In this document: piece by piece, positions 63,661 through 64,000 of the stretch
Numbering within the stretch: position 1 is the stretch's first letter
Layout: each line of letters opens with the position of its first letter
From: Haliotis rufescens
Taxonomy: Eukaryota
Direction: 5' to 3'
Length of the DNA stretch: 64,000 nt
Assembly: GCF_023055435.1 (NCBI RefSeq)
Contig: NW_025963913.1
Span: forward strand, 3,162,001-3,226,000
Made by a program: the position numbers and the translations under genes
Notes under the pieces: model-generated
Told to the model about the DNA's origin: nothing
Databases searched by the model: none
The model's input: only the letters and a program-made list of their open reading frames with translations

Positions 63661-64000
63661 TAAAGACTCCCTTAGGAGAAACCAACACATAAGCATACAG
63701 TAACTGATAGAATTAGCATTAGTTTCTTTCATTTGAGGTTTATTCATCTTTCCTTCACATAATAACAGGTAATCACGTTTAGTTCCTTATAGATCTTCAT
63801 AGCTTTTTAATAGCTTATCACGTTTAGTTCCTCGTTTCATTCAAAAAAGGTAAGTCATACAAATTTAAGATTAGTTTTCATTTAAGTTAAACCACTCTCA
63901 GATATTCAGTTCCACTGCGCAACATGTACTGATATTGAAGAGAATGATATCCTCTCAAAAGTTTTCAGTTCTGATTCAGAATAAACGTATCACGCCATTA

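Overview
Eukaryotic, AT-rich, repeat-dense genomic DNA, most likely a mollusc (inferred from the sigma-GST sequences and the SINE repertoire; not established). The window holds a head-to-tail (+ strand) array of seven sigma-class glutathione S-transferase genes that the ORF track misses because they are spliced. Six are complete 5-exon genes of 202-203 aa with identical intron positions (coding exons 133/93/116/105-108/159-162 nt, all GT-AG). The seventh shows only exon 1 before the window ends. The genes fall into type A (genes 1 and 5, plus an orphan 3' remnant at about 20.4 kb), type B (genes 2, 3, 4) and two more divergent copies (6, 7). Introns and spacers carry a near-intact DD34D mariner, a DD34E Tc1, Crypton, Academ and LINE relics, several MITEs, at least three tRNA-SINE families, two minisatellites and a 227-nt assembly gap. 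The main findings are: (i) an abundant ~250-bp retroposon with no tRNA head whose sharp 5' end is a covarying, pseudoknot-capable RNA structure ending in an HDV-like CUAA, shared with a second repeat family that has a different body (candidate ribozyme-headed SINE); (ii) a hypervariable helix-4/H-site patch in the GST paralogs; (iii) paralog-specific loss of ARE and TATA motifs and CLEAR-type E-boxes in genes 6 and 7; (iv) a duplicated terminal splice acceptor carrying a stop codon in gene 1.
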